Below, in pieces: positions 18,437-26,944 of a DNA stretch of 32,995 nucleotides; the first letter of the stretch is position 1, and every line of letters starts with the position of its first letter. The DNA comes from Patescibacteria group bacterium. GTDB taxonomy: Bacteria; Patescibacteriota; Minisyncoccia; Moranbacterales; UBA1568. The notes beneath the pieces are model-generated. The model did no database searches and was not told the DNA's origin. It saw nothing but the letters and a program-made list of their open reading frames with translations. The DNA lies in the NCBI GenBank assembly GCA_030916545.1, contig JAUPWI010000029.1, forward strand, positions 1 through 32,995, written 5' to 3'. The translations under genes and the position numbers were made by a program.

Positions 18437-19696
18437 ATGGCAGAGATAAAGCCCGATTTGGAGACTTTCGCGAAAATAAAGGTGGTTGGCGTCGGCGGTT
18501 CCGGAGGCAACGCCATCACGCGTATGATCGATGCGAAGATCCGTGGAGTGGAGTTCGTCGCCATCAATACTGATGCGCAGGCCCTGCATCATTCGAAGGC
18601 GCAGGAGAAGATCCATATCGGAAAAAATCTGACCAAGGGATTGGGGGCCGGTATGAATCCGGAAATCGGCCGACAGGCGGCGGAAGAGAACCGGGATGAG
18701 ATCCAAGAGGTACTGAAGGGAGCCGACATGGTATTTGTCACCTGCGGATTGGGCGGTGGAACCGGGTCCGGAGCGGCGCCTATCGTGGCGGAAACAGCGA
18801 AGGAGCTCGGTGCTTTGACCGTGGGCGTGGTGACTCGACCGTTCTCATTCGAGGGTTCACAACGGCGCTTCATCGCGGACGAGGCGTTGGCGAATCTGCG
18901 GGAACGCGTGGATACGATCATCACTATCCCAAATGACAAGCTTCTGTCGATCATCGATCGGAAAATGACGTTGATCAACGCCTTCCGCATCGTGGATGAC
19001 GTGTTGCGTCAGGGTGTCCAGGGGATTTCGGATCTTATCACGAAGAAGGGTGAAGTCAATGTCGACTTCGCGGATGTCCGGGCGGTGATGCAGGACAGTG
19101 GGAGCGCGCTGATGGGGATCGGTATCGCTGCCGGAGAGAATCGTGCCGTCGAAGCGGCCAAAGCAGCTATCAACAGTCCGTTGCTTGAGCTTTCGATCGA
19201 CGGTGCGAAAGGCGTCCTTTTCAATATTTCCGGTTCGAATGACCTGACTATGCTCGAAGTGAATGAGGCGGCCAACGTGATCACTGAGAATATCGATCCG
19301 AATGCGAAGGTCATCTTCGGTACGGTCGTCGATGATCAGGTACGGAAGGGCGAGATACAGGTGACGGTGGTCGCGACGGGTTTTGACGATGGTTCGAGTA
19401 AGGAATCGCCGATCGGACTGGTCAGTGTCGTCCGCCAACCGGCAGCTCCCAACAGACCGGTATCCCGATCGCTTCCGAATAGGATGACCGAAGCCGAAGA
19501 GCCGAGAGAGGAAGAGATAGCTGATGATCTCGATTCGGAATTCGTCTTCACCACGCGGCACATGGAGCCCTCCCCGATGATCATCGAGGAAAAAATACAA
19601 CCGAAACCGGCCGTGCAACGGCATGAATCGAAAGAATTGGCCGAAGAAGATGATTTGGAGATTCCCGCTTTCATCCGGCGAAAGATGAAGAAATAG
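18437..19696 (+). CDS. ftsZ: Cell division GTPase FtsZ
   Basis: [14 protein letters not shown], the tubulin signature [17 protein letters not shown], and the conserved C-terminal peptide [12 protein letters not shown]. Confidence 0.97.
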   Translation: MAEIKPDLETFAKIKVVGVGGSGGNAITRMIDAKIRGVEFVAINTDAQALHHSKAQEKIHIGKNLTKGLGAGMNPEIGRQAAEENRDEIQEVLKGADMVFVTCGLGGGTGSGAAPIVAETAKELGALTVGVVTRPFSFEGSQRRFIADEALANLRERVDTIITIPNDKLLSIIDRKMTLINAFRIVDDVLRQGVQGISDLITKKGEVNVDFADVRAVMQDSGSALMGIGIAAGENRAVEAAKAAINSPLLELSIDGAKGVLFNISGSNDLTMLEVNEAANVITENIDPNAKVIFGTVVDDQVRKGEIQVTVVATGFDDGSSKESPIGLVSVVRQPAAPNRPVSRSLPNRMTEAEEPREEEIADDLDSEFVFTTRHMEPSPMIIEEKIQPKPAVQRHESKELAEEDDLEIPAFIRRKMKK

Positions 19697-19728
19697 CCAT
19701 GTCTCTACGAATACGGGAAACAGCGGGG

Positions 19729-19765
19729 TGACTCTCTTGGGTTGAGTCATTCCGTTGTTTTATTT
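19729..19765 (+). terminator. Possible terminator after ftsZ
   Basis: TGACTC (19729-19734) pairs with GAGTCA (19744-19749) across a 9-nt loop, followed by TTCCGTTGTTTTATTT. The stem is short. Confidence 0.35.
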
Positions 19766-19831
19766 CCCCTTGACCCGTGGTACACTGTCAAGGTAAACAG
19801 AAAAAAAGAAATCAAAATAAATCATTGACAT

Positions 19832-22800
19832 ATGAGACTCACATCGCTCGTGCTTGTCGGATGTTTTTTTTCCGTACTTTCGGCTTCGGCAGCCGACTCG
19901 CCTGAGCCGGTGAAAAATTTCCCAGCCGCGGACCAGGGGCAAGTCGATTGTTTCGACTATTACCATTTCGGTTCGGTACAGGTCGATCTCTCTCCGACCT
20001 TGAATCAAACCGTTCCGGGAGCGACCCTTAATTTCCAGGGGACCATCAAGAATGAGAACGCCTATCCGATTGTCGATGGTTCTGTTTACGTGAAAATCTT
20101 TCGCAAGAGCGAGGAGAATAAGGATTTGGTACTCGATAACGGCTATCCGCTCGTCGATCAGTTCCTCCTCCCGGATACCTACACCCTTCCTGCCAAGGGC
20201 GAGAAACCGGCCGCCTTCGATTGGACGGTCCCGATGAACGCGGCTGGAGGAGAGTACTACGCCGCTTTCTTCTTCCAGTCCGCCCGCCATTACAATCTCC
20301 TCGGGCTTTCCTTCACCGATGATGTGACCGGCAATCAGTCACATTTCACGGTCACCAACCCCGATGATATGCGTTTGGTGACTTTCAATAAGAATACCGT
20401 CACTCTGAACGGTCAAAAGCATCGTTTCGCCAACTTCCCGCTCGAATTCAAGAAAGATGAATCTGTCATCGCGAAGGTAGAGATTACGAATCCGAAGACC
20501 GAAGCGACGGCCGTCTCTCTCCTCTGGAAGCACTATGCCTGGGACGCGCTCCGCCCGGAGACCCTGGCTGACACCCAGAACGAGATCATCCTGCTTCAGC
20601 CGGGAGAAACCAGGACCGTCGAATACGCAGCTCAGCCGCTCGGTTCCGCCGCCGTCTCGTACGTCGTTGTCGAGATGCATGATGGAATATCCAAGTCTTT
20701 CTTGGATATTCGTTTCGCTCGCGTAGATATTGATGAAACCAATGTCAACTTTCCGAGCATCATGGACTATCCACTCAAAGCCGGCGTGGAAACCGGCGTC
20801 TTCTCCTGCATTCACGGTGTCAATCTTCCGGTCGTCACGGACAACATCCTTACTCTTACCTTGCGGGACATGGATAAGAATATCATCCATACCTATAAAT
20901 ATCGGGGTGATGTGACCTCGAACATGATGGGTTTCGTCGATCGTTTCGTCCCCGAGAAGACCTATACGGATTTCACCTTGACCGCGACCCTCGAGCGTAA
21001 GGGTCAGGTCTTCGAAGACGTTACGCAAACCTATCGTTGTCAGGATATTGACCCGAGCCTCTGTCCAAAGGACGTGGCAGTAGTGACGTCGGAGGAGACC
21101 GGAAGTATGAGTGTGTTGACCGGTTTCGCCATCGTCGGGGTGACGGTCTTCCTCGGATTCCTGGTGGTGATCTTGATGAGTTGGAAGAAGCGTCGTGGAA
21201 CACTCGCTCTCTTTTTCTTGGCACTTGGTATAGGTATCGGTTTCAGTGGAGTCTCGGCAGAGGCGAAGAGTGTGGCGTGGTCGGATATAGTTATTATGCC
21301 TCGCTTAAAGAACAATCCAATTTATACAACCGTTCTGTATGAAGCCAATGCTTACTCTCAAGGTTCTATTCAGTCAGATGGGACTGCGCTTCCGGTTGGC
21401 ACTGTATTAAATTTCCAGAGAAGAGCAAAGCTTGACTCCGATATCTTTTGGTTTGTTCCTGGAGGACTTAGTGATTCTCCGTTTGGAGCATGGGATAGAC
21501 TTAGAACGGAGGATGGATGTGCCGTGAATGATCCATCGGCATGTATCATTGTGCAAGTCAACAGTCCGACTGTTACGATTACGCATACAGGAACAGCCGG
21601 TCTCTCATGTTGGAACAATGGATTTAATTGTACAGTCACTTCACCCGGAACGATCATCTCTTCGGTGAATTTTGCGGCCACAACAGGGTTAGTCTATGTG
21701 CCTATCTTTGACATACCGGGAGCATGGCCAGCTGAATATCAGTATGCTTTCGATGTGTCTGCCCAGTCGATCTCTTTCTTTTTGAGTGCTTTTCAGCCGA
21801 ACAGCGCTCCGAATGCTCCGGTTCTCGCCGGACCGGCTTCCGGCAACCAGAATGCTTCACTGGTATTTTCTGCGACTGCGACCGATCCGGATGGAGATAA
21901 TATCCGCTATCTTTTTGACTGGAATAACGATGGAATCGGTGATCAGTGGACCACCGGAGGTGCGTGGGTGGCATCCGGTACCGCGCAGAGTCTGCCGCGT
22001 ATCTGGGCGAGTCCCGGGACCTACACGTTCCAGGCTCGCACTCAGGATTCCAAAGGCAGCCTCTCCGGTTGGACCCAGAAGACCGTTACGATCAATGCCT
22101 TTGCCGATGGTGCCTGCGGAGTCGCTTCGACGAGCGTGAGTGGTATCGATCTGGTTGCCGCTCCGGTGGCCGGTCTTTGCAATGCCGGTACCCCGACGGT
22201 CGTGTCCGGGAGTGGTCCCTGGACTTGGAGCTGTAATGGGATAGGGGCGGGAAGCACGAATATCGCCTGTCAGGCCGATCTCTTCATTCCTGCGCCGATT
22301 GTCAATCTCTCCATCGATAAGGCCAATGTCGACCTCGGAGACTCCGCGACTCTGACCTGGAGCGTGGTGAACCCGGCTGATACTTGTGTCGCCTCCTCCA
22401 TCATCTCTGCCAGCTGGAACGGAGCCCGGGCCACTTCCGGTTCGGAGAGCGTCACACCGACCGCCTCCGGGAATTACATCCTGACCTGTACCAATACCGC
22501 CGAGGGCAAGTCCGGCAGCAATACTGTCGGCATCACGCTCAACAACAAGCTGAAGATCTGTGAGAATAGCTGTAACAGCGGATTGGACCGGACCGGACAG
22601 ACGTTCGCGGTCAATCAGGGAGAGGATCGCCATCTGAAGGCCTGTTTCAATCCGCATCCGGACTGCACGAATGCCGCGGGGAACACGACGAATCTCGCTG
22701 TCTGGAACGATACCAATTCCCCGAACAACGCCTTTTCTTTCCCAGCGAAAGGGGAGCTTCGCCCATTGCCGTTCAACGCCACGGAGGACTTCGATGTCTC

Positions 22801-23005
22801 CTACGGCGGAGTGACCAAGTCCGCCTCAGCCCAGGTCTTCTGTGTCCCGAATTCCTGTTCGATACCGGCCGCTAAGGCAGTGACCGATACGTATTGTCCG
22901 GAAACGGTACAGGACACGAATGTGCCTACGGGTTGTGATGGCAATACCCTGAACTGTCCAGGTACCCGTCACTGTGATTACAACGTGAAGGAGGTGGCTC
23001 CGTAG
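19832..23005 (+). CDS. Large (1057 aa) secreted/membrane-anchored multidomain surface protein: N-terminal signal peptide, beta-rich ectodomain, internal TM hairpin (second signal-peptide-like segment), PKD-like domain, Cys-framed modules and an Ig-like module
   Basis: N-terminus MRLTSLVLVGCFFSVLSASA|AD. The TM hairpin is at aa 427-478. The PKD-like segment reads FSATATDPDGDNIRYLFDWNNDGIGD...GTYTFQARTQD. The Cys frame reads GACG..LCNAG..WTWSCNG..GSTNIACQA. An Ig-like segment reads ATLTWSVVNPADTCVASS...GNYILTCTN. Confidence 0.8.
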   Translation: MRLTSLVLVGCFFSVLSASAADSPEPVKNFPAADQGQVDCFDYYHFGSVQVDLSPTLNQTVPGATLNFQGTIKNENAYPIVDGSVYVKIFRKSEENKDLVLDNGYPLVDQFLLPDTYTLPAKGEKPAAFDWTVPMNAAGGEYYAAFFFQSARHYNLLGLSFTDDVTGNQSHFTVTNPDDMRLVTFNKNTVTLNGQKHRFANFPLEFKKDESVIAKVEITNPKTEATAVSLLWKHYAWDALRPETLADTQNEIILLQPGETRTVEYAAQPLGSAAVSYVVVEMHDGISKSFLDIRFARVDIDETNVNFPSIMDYPLKAGVETGVFSCIHGVNLPVVTDNILTLTLRDMDKNIIHTYKYRGDVTSNMMGFVDRFVPEKTYTDFTLTATLERKGQVFEDVTQTYRCQDIDPSLCPKDVAVVTSEETGSMSVLTGFAIVGVTVFLGFLVVILMSWKKRRGTLALFFLALGIGIGFSGVSAEAKSVAWSDIVIMPRLKNNPIYTTVLYEANAYSQGSIQSDGTALPVGTVLNFQRRAKLDSDIFWFVPGGLSDSPFGAWDRLRTEDGCAVNDPSACIIVQVNSPTVTITHTGTAGLSCWNNGFNCTVTSPGTIISSVNFAATTGLVYVPIFDIPGAWPAEYQYAFDVSAQSISFFLSAFQPNSAPNAPVLAGPASGNQNASLVFSATATDPDGDNIRYLFDWNNDGIGDQWTTGGAWVASGTAQSLPRIWASPGTYTFQARTQDSKGSLSGWTQKTVTINAFADGACGVASTSVSGIDLVAAPVAGLCNAGTPTVVSGSGPWTWSCNGIGAGSTNIACQADLFIPAPIVNLSIDKANVDLGDSATLTWSVVNPADTCVASSIISASWNGARATSGSESVTPTASGNYILTCTNTAEGKSGSNTVGITLNNKLKICENSCNSGLDRTGQTFAVNQGEDRHLKACFNPHPDCTNAAGNTTNLAVWNDTNSPNNAFSFPAKGELRPLPFNATEDFDVSYGGVTKSASAQVFCVPNSCSIPAAKAVTDTYCPETVQDTNVPTGCDGNTLNCPGTRHCDYNVKEVAP

Positions 23006-23060
23006 TGAGGGTATTTCTGTCCCCAGATATTGCTTGACGGCATGTGAGAAGACTGAAAGT

Positions 23061-23519
23061 ATGCTGTGTCCCTATTGTCATGGTTCCGAAACGAAAGTGG
23101 TCGATTCGCGTTTGACCCAGGAGGGCAAGAGCGTGCGGCGTCGTCGCGAATGTGGGCAGTGTCGGACCCGTTTCAGTACGTATGAGGAGCCGGATTTTTA
23201 TCGGGTGACTGTCATCAAGAAAGATGGACACCGTGAAGTTTTCGATCGCATGAAGTTGCGCGTCGGTTTGGAACGCGCATTCGAAAAGCGTCCCCTGTGC
23301 GATGAGAAAGTCGCTCATGTCCTCCGGGACGTCGAGCGGCTGATTCGTGACCGTGGATTGAAGGATATCACGAGTCGCGAGATAGGCCGCCTCACGATGG
23401 AACAGCTCCGGGGAGCTGATGAGGTCGCTTATATCCGTTTCGCCAGCGTCTACAAATCTTTCGGGAGCGCGCAGAGTTTCCGGAAGGTGATCGAGAGTCT
23501 CGATGATGAAAAGCCATGA
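23061..23519 (+). CDS. nrdR: Transcriptional repressor NrdR
   Basis: From the ATG at 23061: MLCPYCHGSETKVVDSRLTQEGKSVRRRRECGQCRTRFSTYEE is the Zn ribbon, followed by an ATP-cone. The track start at 23034 is TTG. Confidence 0.93.
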   Translation: MLCPYCHGSETKVVDSRLTQEGKSVRRRRECGQCRTRFSTYEEPDFYRVTVIKKDGHREVFDRMKLRVGLERAFEKRPLCDEKVAHVLRDVERLIRDRGLKDITSREIGRLTMEQLRGADEVAYIRFASVYKSFGSAQSFRKVIESLDDEKP

Positions 23520-25009
23520 GACGGTTTTTTCTGTTGGGCACCTCGGTCGCCTTTTCGTGCGGAATCACGATGGGCTCGTTTTTCGATCGGGATGCGGCCT
23601 TGGTTTCCATGCTGGTATGCGTAGGCATAATGGTCGCCGTGAGCAGCGTATTTCGGAAAGAGTATATCGTATTCGTTATCTGGATCGGAGTCTGTATTGC
23701 GACAGGAACATTGATAGCTGCTCACTCGGTGAGGTATTATCAGGTATTGGATGAAGAGAGGGCCGTGCAGGGTATCGGACAGGTACGTGGCGAGATGTCA
23801 CGAGGGGTGTTTGATGCCCGTTTTGTCTTGGAGCTGCACGATTGTGAAGGGAGGATCTGTCCGCAGGATTTGGTATTGGTCAAGACGAGTTTGTATGAAA
23901 CCTTTACGGATGGGATGTCGGTTCGTTTCGGCCCGTGCGATCTGAAGCGACCGGAACGGTTTGATCCCCATTTCGATTATCCGATGTATCTTGCCAAGGA
24001 GGGAATCGGATTCGTAACGCACGATTGTCCTGTCGAACCGGAACCTGTGCGGGGTGACCCGTTGCGGGGCAGGCTGCATGACACAAGAGTATTCATTTCT
24101 TCCACCATCGGGAAGCGGATACCGGAGCCGGAAGCGGGGTTGGCCAGAGGGCTTCTCCTTGGAGGGAGTAGGGAATTACCCGAAGCCCTTGTACTGGATT
24201 TCCGTACGGTCGGGCTCTCGCATATCGTGGCAGTTTCGGGATACAATATTTCCGTATTGGCAGGGGGATTTTTTCTCCTGGGCATCGGACTCGGTTGGTA
24301 TCGGAAGCGGGCCGTATGGATAGCGTTCGTGGGCACCGTATTGTTCGTGCTGTTAGTGGGTGCTCCGGCGTCAGCGGTACGGGCGGCCCTGGTCGCGATA
24401 GCGGGATTCGGGGCCTTTGTGGTATCCAGACCGATTCCGACCGTATCCGTTCTTTGTTTCGCCGCCGCGCTTATGTTGCTTGGGAACCCGTTGTTGCTGC
24501 GCTATGATATCGGTTTTCAGCTTTCATTTTTGGCCACCTTCGCGATCCTGTTTTCGGCGCCCTGGCGGAGCCGATTCAGCGGGAAATCCTGGTTTGTCAG
24601 GAGTTTCGTCGATGTTTTTCTCATTACGTTTTCCGTGTTGCTTTTCGTTACGCCGCTTACCCTGATTCATTTCGGAACACTTTCTCCTTACGCGCTCTTT
24701 GCGAATATACTGGTGCTGCCCCTGGTCCCAGTCGCCTTCCTCGCTTCTTTTGGAGTGGTGATTTTTGGATGGATACCGGGTGTTGGGGCGCTTTTCGGGT
24801 GGGTGACTTACAGTGTTCTGCATGGCCTTATAGCCATCGCTGAGACGATCGCCCGTATTCCGGGAGCGACCGCCTCATATGGGCATGTGAATTGGTGGGT
24901 CGTGGTCGTGTGGTATGGCGGTTGCCTTTCTTTTCTCTTCTGGCAGCATCGGGTGGTTCGGAAAGCCTGGGAAAGAGAACTACTTTCCCGGTATACTGGT
25001 GGTACATGA
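23516..25009 (+). CDS. comEC: ComEC/Rec2 DNA internalisation channel, N-terminal OB (DUF4131-like) plus competence domain only
   Basis: ...ARGLLLGGSRELPEALVLDFRTVGLSHIVAVSGYNISVLAG... is the competence-domain signature, with many TM segments. The start ATG overlaps the nrdR stop (ATGA at 23516-23519). Confidence 0.88.
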   Translation: MRRFFLLGTSVAFSCGITMGSFFDRDAALVSMLVCVGIMVAVSSVFRKEYIVFVIWIGVCIATGTLIAAHSVRYYQVLDEERAVQGIGQVRGEMSRGVFDARFVLELHDCEGRICPQDLVLVKTSLYETFTDGMSVRFGPCDLKRPERFDPHFDYPMYLAKEGIGFVTHDCPVEPEPVRGDPLRGRLHDTRVFISSTIGKRIPEPEAGLARGLLLGGSRELPEALVLDFRTVGLSHIVAVSGYNISVLAGGFFLLGIGLGWYRKRAVWIAFVGTVLFVLLVGAPASAVRAALVAIAGFGAFVVSRPIPTVSVLCFAAALMLLGNPLLLRYDIGFQLSFLATFAILFSAPWRSRFSGKSWFVRSFVDVFLITFSVLLFVTPLTLIHFGTLSPYALFANILVLPLVPVAFLASFGVVIFGWIPGVGALFGWVTYSVLHGLIAIAETIARIPGATASYGHVNWWVVVVWYGGCLSFLFWQHRVVRKAWERELLSRYTGGT

Positions 25010-25863
25010 CGCATATGAGCATCCGCACCTGGGGTATCGTTTTTTTGATAGGATTCTCGATGCTCTCGGGGGCGTTTCTTCTGGTGACTGCGCGGACCTT
25101 TTCCCCGCTTCGCGTGGTTTTTTTGGATGTCGGCCAGGGTGACGCCATACTCGTTTCTCAGGGCAAGACACAGATTTTGATCGATGGCGGCCGGGACGGA
25201 AAAATCCTCCTCGGAAAGTTGGGGAAACACCTGCCTTTTTGGGATAGACGGATCGAATCGGTGATCGCGACGCATCCGGACGCGGATCACGTCGGTGGTT
25301 TGGCATCAGCTGTCAGACGATATCATGTCGCGACATACCTTTCGAATGGTGTAGAAGGTGACAGTGATGTTTTCCGTGATTTGAAACAGACGCTTGATTT
25401 AAGCCATGTAACCAAGCAGTCTGTAGTCGGAACGGGTTCCCGTATTCTCTTTCCCGGAGGAACAGAACTGCGGGTATTGTTTCCTCAGAGTGGTGCAGCT
25501 AAAACGATGAGTGAGACAAATGAGGGAAGTATTGTGGTCCGACTGGTATTTGGTGATGCGAGTTTTCTCTTGACGGGAGACCTTCCTCATGAAGAGATGG
25601 TGCTTCCAGACATACCCTCTACGAAAGTGCTCAAAGTAGCGCATCATGGTTCGAAGTATTCGACGAGTGAGTCCTGGCTTGCTCGAGTACACCCCGAGAC
25701 CGCTCTTGTCTCCGTAGGCAAGAACCGTTACGGACATCCATCTGAGGAAGTATTGGCGCGATTGCAAGAGAGGGGGATTCGTATTCTCCGCACTGACCAG
25801 CAGGGTGATGTGGTTTATGTATGTCAGGAGGCGACCTGTCATCTCAAGGAGAGTAAGAGGTAG
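25006..25863 (+). CDS. Membrane-anchored metallo-beta-lactamase-fold protein equivalent to the ComEC C-terminal nuclease domain
   Basis: From the ATG at 25006 there is one TM, then VVFLDVGQGDAILV, ...VIATHPDADHVGG..., ...LLTGDL... and VLKVAHHGSKYS. The start overlaps the comEC stop (ATGA at 25006-25009). Confidence 0.85.
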   Translation: MTHMSIRTWGIVFLIGFSMLSGAFLLVTARTFSPLRVVFLDVGQGDAILVSQGKTQILIDGGRDGKILLGKLGKHLPFWDRRIESVIATHPDADHVGGLASAVRRYHVATYLSNGVEGDSDVFRDLKQTLDLSHVTKQSVVGTGSRILFPGGTELRVLFPQSGAAKTMSETNEGSIVVRLVFGDASFLLTGDLPHEEMVLPDIPSTKVLKVAHHGSKYSTSESWLARVHPETALVSVGKNRYGHPSEEVLARLQERGIRILRTDQQGDVVYVCQEATCHLKESKR

Positions 25864-25932
25864 CCCTTGCTTTTCAGGTAATACCGTGTTACTGTTTTTC
25901 TGAAGACGTCTAATTTTCTGTATTGCATTTTT

Positions 25933-26538
25933 ATGGAACAACATCCGAAAAAAGAGCGATCCTTGGTTATTATTAAGCCAGATGGTATTCAAAGAGCTCT
26001 GATAGGAGAAATCATTCAACGTATTGAGCGGACAGGGCTGAAAATGATTGCCTTTAAGTTTCTGGTGCCAACCGAAGCTCAGTCATGGGAACACTATCTT
26101 AAGACAGACGAATGGTTTCTTTCAAAGGGTAATCGTATCACTGAAGAGCGGAAGTCTCACGGGCTTCCGATTGAGAAGGAACCAATCGAGTACGGCAAGG
26201 GCATCATCGACACCATCGTGCGTTATTTCACTTCCGGGCCGGTTTTGGCTTTCGTAGTCGAAGGGAATCAGTCAATCGCTATCGTCAAGAAATTGGTCGG
26301 AAGCACGGAGCCGACCCTGTCCGATGTGGGAACGATACGCGGAGACCTGACCATCGATTCGTACGCGCTCTCAAGCCTCGACAATCGTGCGGTACGCAAT
26401 CTGGTCCATTGTTCGGATAATCCGGATGATGCCGAGCGGGAGATCAAGATCTGGTTCGATGAAAAGGAACTGATCCAGTATCGTCTGGTCGCCGAGCAGG
26501 TGCTGTATGACGTCAATCTTGACGGGATACTCGAATAG
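25933..26538 (+). CDS. ndk: Nucleoside diphosphate kinase, long form with internal insertions and a C-terminal extension
   Basis: ERSLVIIKPDGIQRALIGEIIQRIERTGLKMIAFKFL, ...GTIRGD..., and the catalytic His context NLVHCSDNPDDAEREIKIWF. It is 201 aa, against ~140-150 aa for typical NDKs. Confidence 0.9.
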   Translation: MEQHPKKERSLVIIKPDGIQRALIGEIIQRIERTGLKMIAFKFLVPTEAQSWEHYLKTDEWFLSKGNRITEERKSHGLPIEKEPIEYGKGIIDTIVRYFTSGPVLAFVVEGNQSIAIVKKLVGSTEPTLSDVGTIRGDLTIDSYALSSLDNRAVRNLVHCSDNPDDAEREIKIWFDEKELIQYRLVAEQVLYDVNLDGILE

Positions 26539-26584
26539 ATATCTGATGAGAGGCAGAGTGAGTTTGGTGGTATAAAGCAGAGAC

Positions 26585-26620
26585 ATGAAAACAAAACAAT
26601 GTTTTCATTCTTTGTTATTC
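26585..26620 (+). terminator. Intrinsic terminator after ndk
   Basis: ATGAAAAC (26585-26592) pairs with GTTTTCAT (26601-26608) across an 8-nt loop, followed by the T-rich TCTTTGTTATT. Confidence 0.55.
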
Positions 26621-26670
26621 GGGTGAGATGGATAGTTATTTTACAATGTGCCGAGGAGAGGGAATGAATA

Positions 26671-26871
26671 ATGTTGAATAAGAGGCAAAATCGACCGGTA
26701 CTTTTTATCGTACCAACTGGATGTGATTTTAATCCCCAGTGCCCGCATGTTTTGATGGCTCAGGACTGTCAGAACGCACTTAAGACACGCGCCTGTTTAA
26801 GTTTGGCACGAGTCGCTATTCTTGATGGTCTTGGTACCTATACACGTGGGATGAGGCAGCGTAAGCCGTAG
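26671..26871 (+). CDS. Doubtful small basic Cys-containing ORF (66 aa)
   Basis: It is the only ORF in a ~300-nt AT-rich island flanked by two terminators. GAGGAG lies ~12 nt upstream. There are four Cys (C18, C24, C33, C42). No homology recognised, and the region could instead be non-coding. Confidence 0.25.
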   Translation: MLNKRQNRPVLFIVPTGCDFNPQCPHVLMAQDCQNALKTRACLSLARVAILDGLGTYTRGMRQRKP

Positions 26872-26912
26872 TAAGGAGGGGTTTAGATCGGAGAATGAAT
26901 CGGTGTTGAACC

Positions 26913-26944
26913 GAAAAGCACAGCCGCGAGGACTGTGCTTTTTC
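26913..26944. terminator. Bidirectional intrinsic terminator, serving rpmB on the minus strand and any + strand unit upstream
   Basis: AGCACAG (26917-26923) pairs with CTGTGCT (26933-26939). It is flanked by AAAA on one side and TTTT on the other. Confidence 0.65.

Noticed and set aside
18857-19750. 297-aa minus-strand ORF.
   Set aside because: Antisense shadow of ftsZ.
20339-22657. Minus-strand ORFs 20339-21028 (229 aa) and 21857-22657 (266 aa).
   Set aside because: Both are antisense to the 1057-aa surface-protein gene, which has a signal peptide and domain motifs. Their composition is typical of GC-rich shadows.
22546-23005. Cys-rich C-terminus of the surface protein as a possible diversity-generating retroelement (DGR) target.
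   Set aside because: No reverse transcriptase gene and no template/variable repeat pair are visible in the window. The C-terminus lacks the Asn/Tyr-rich AAC-codon pattern typical of variable regions.
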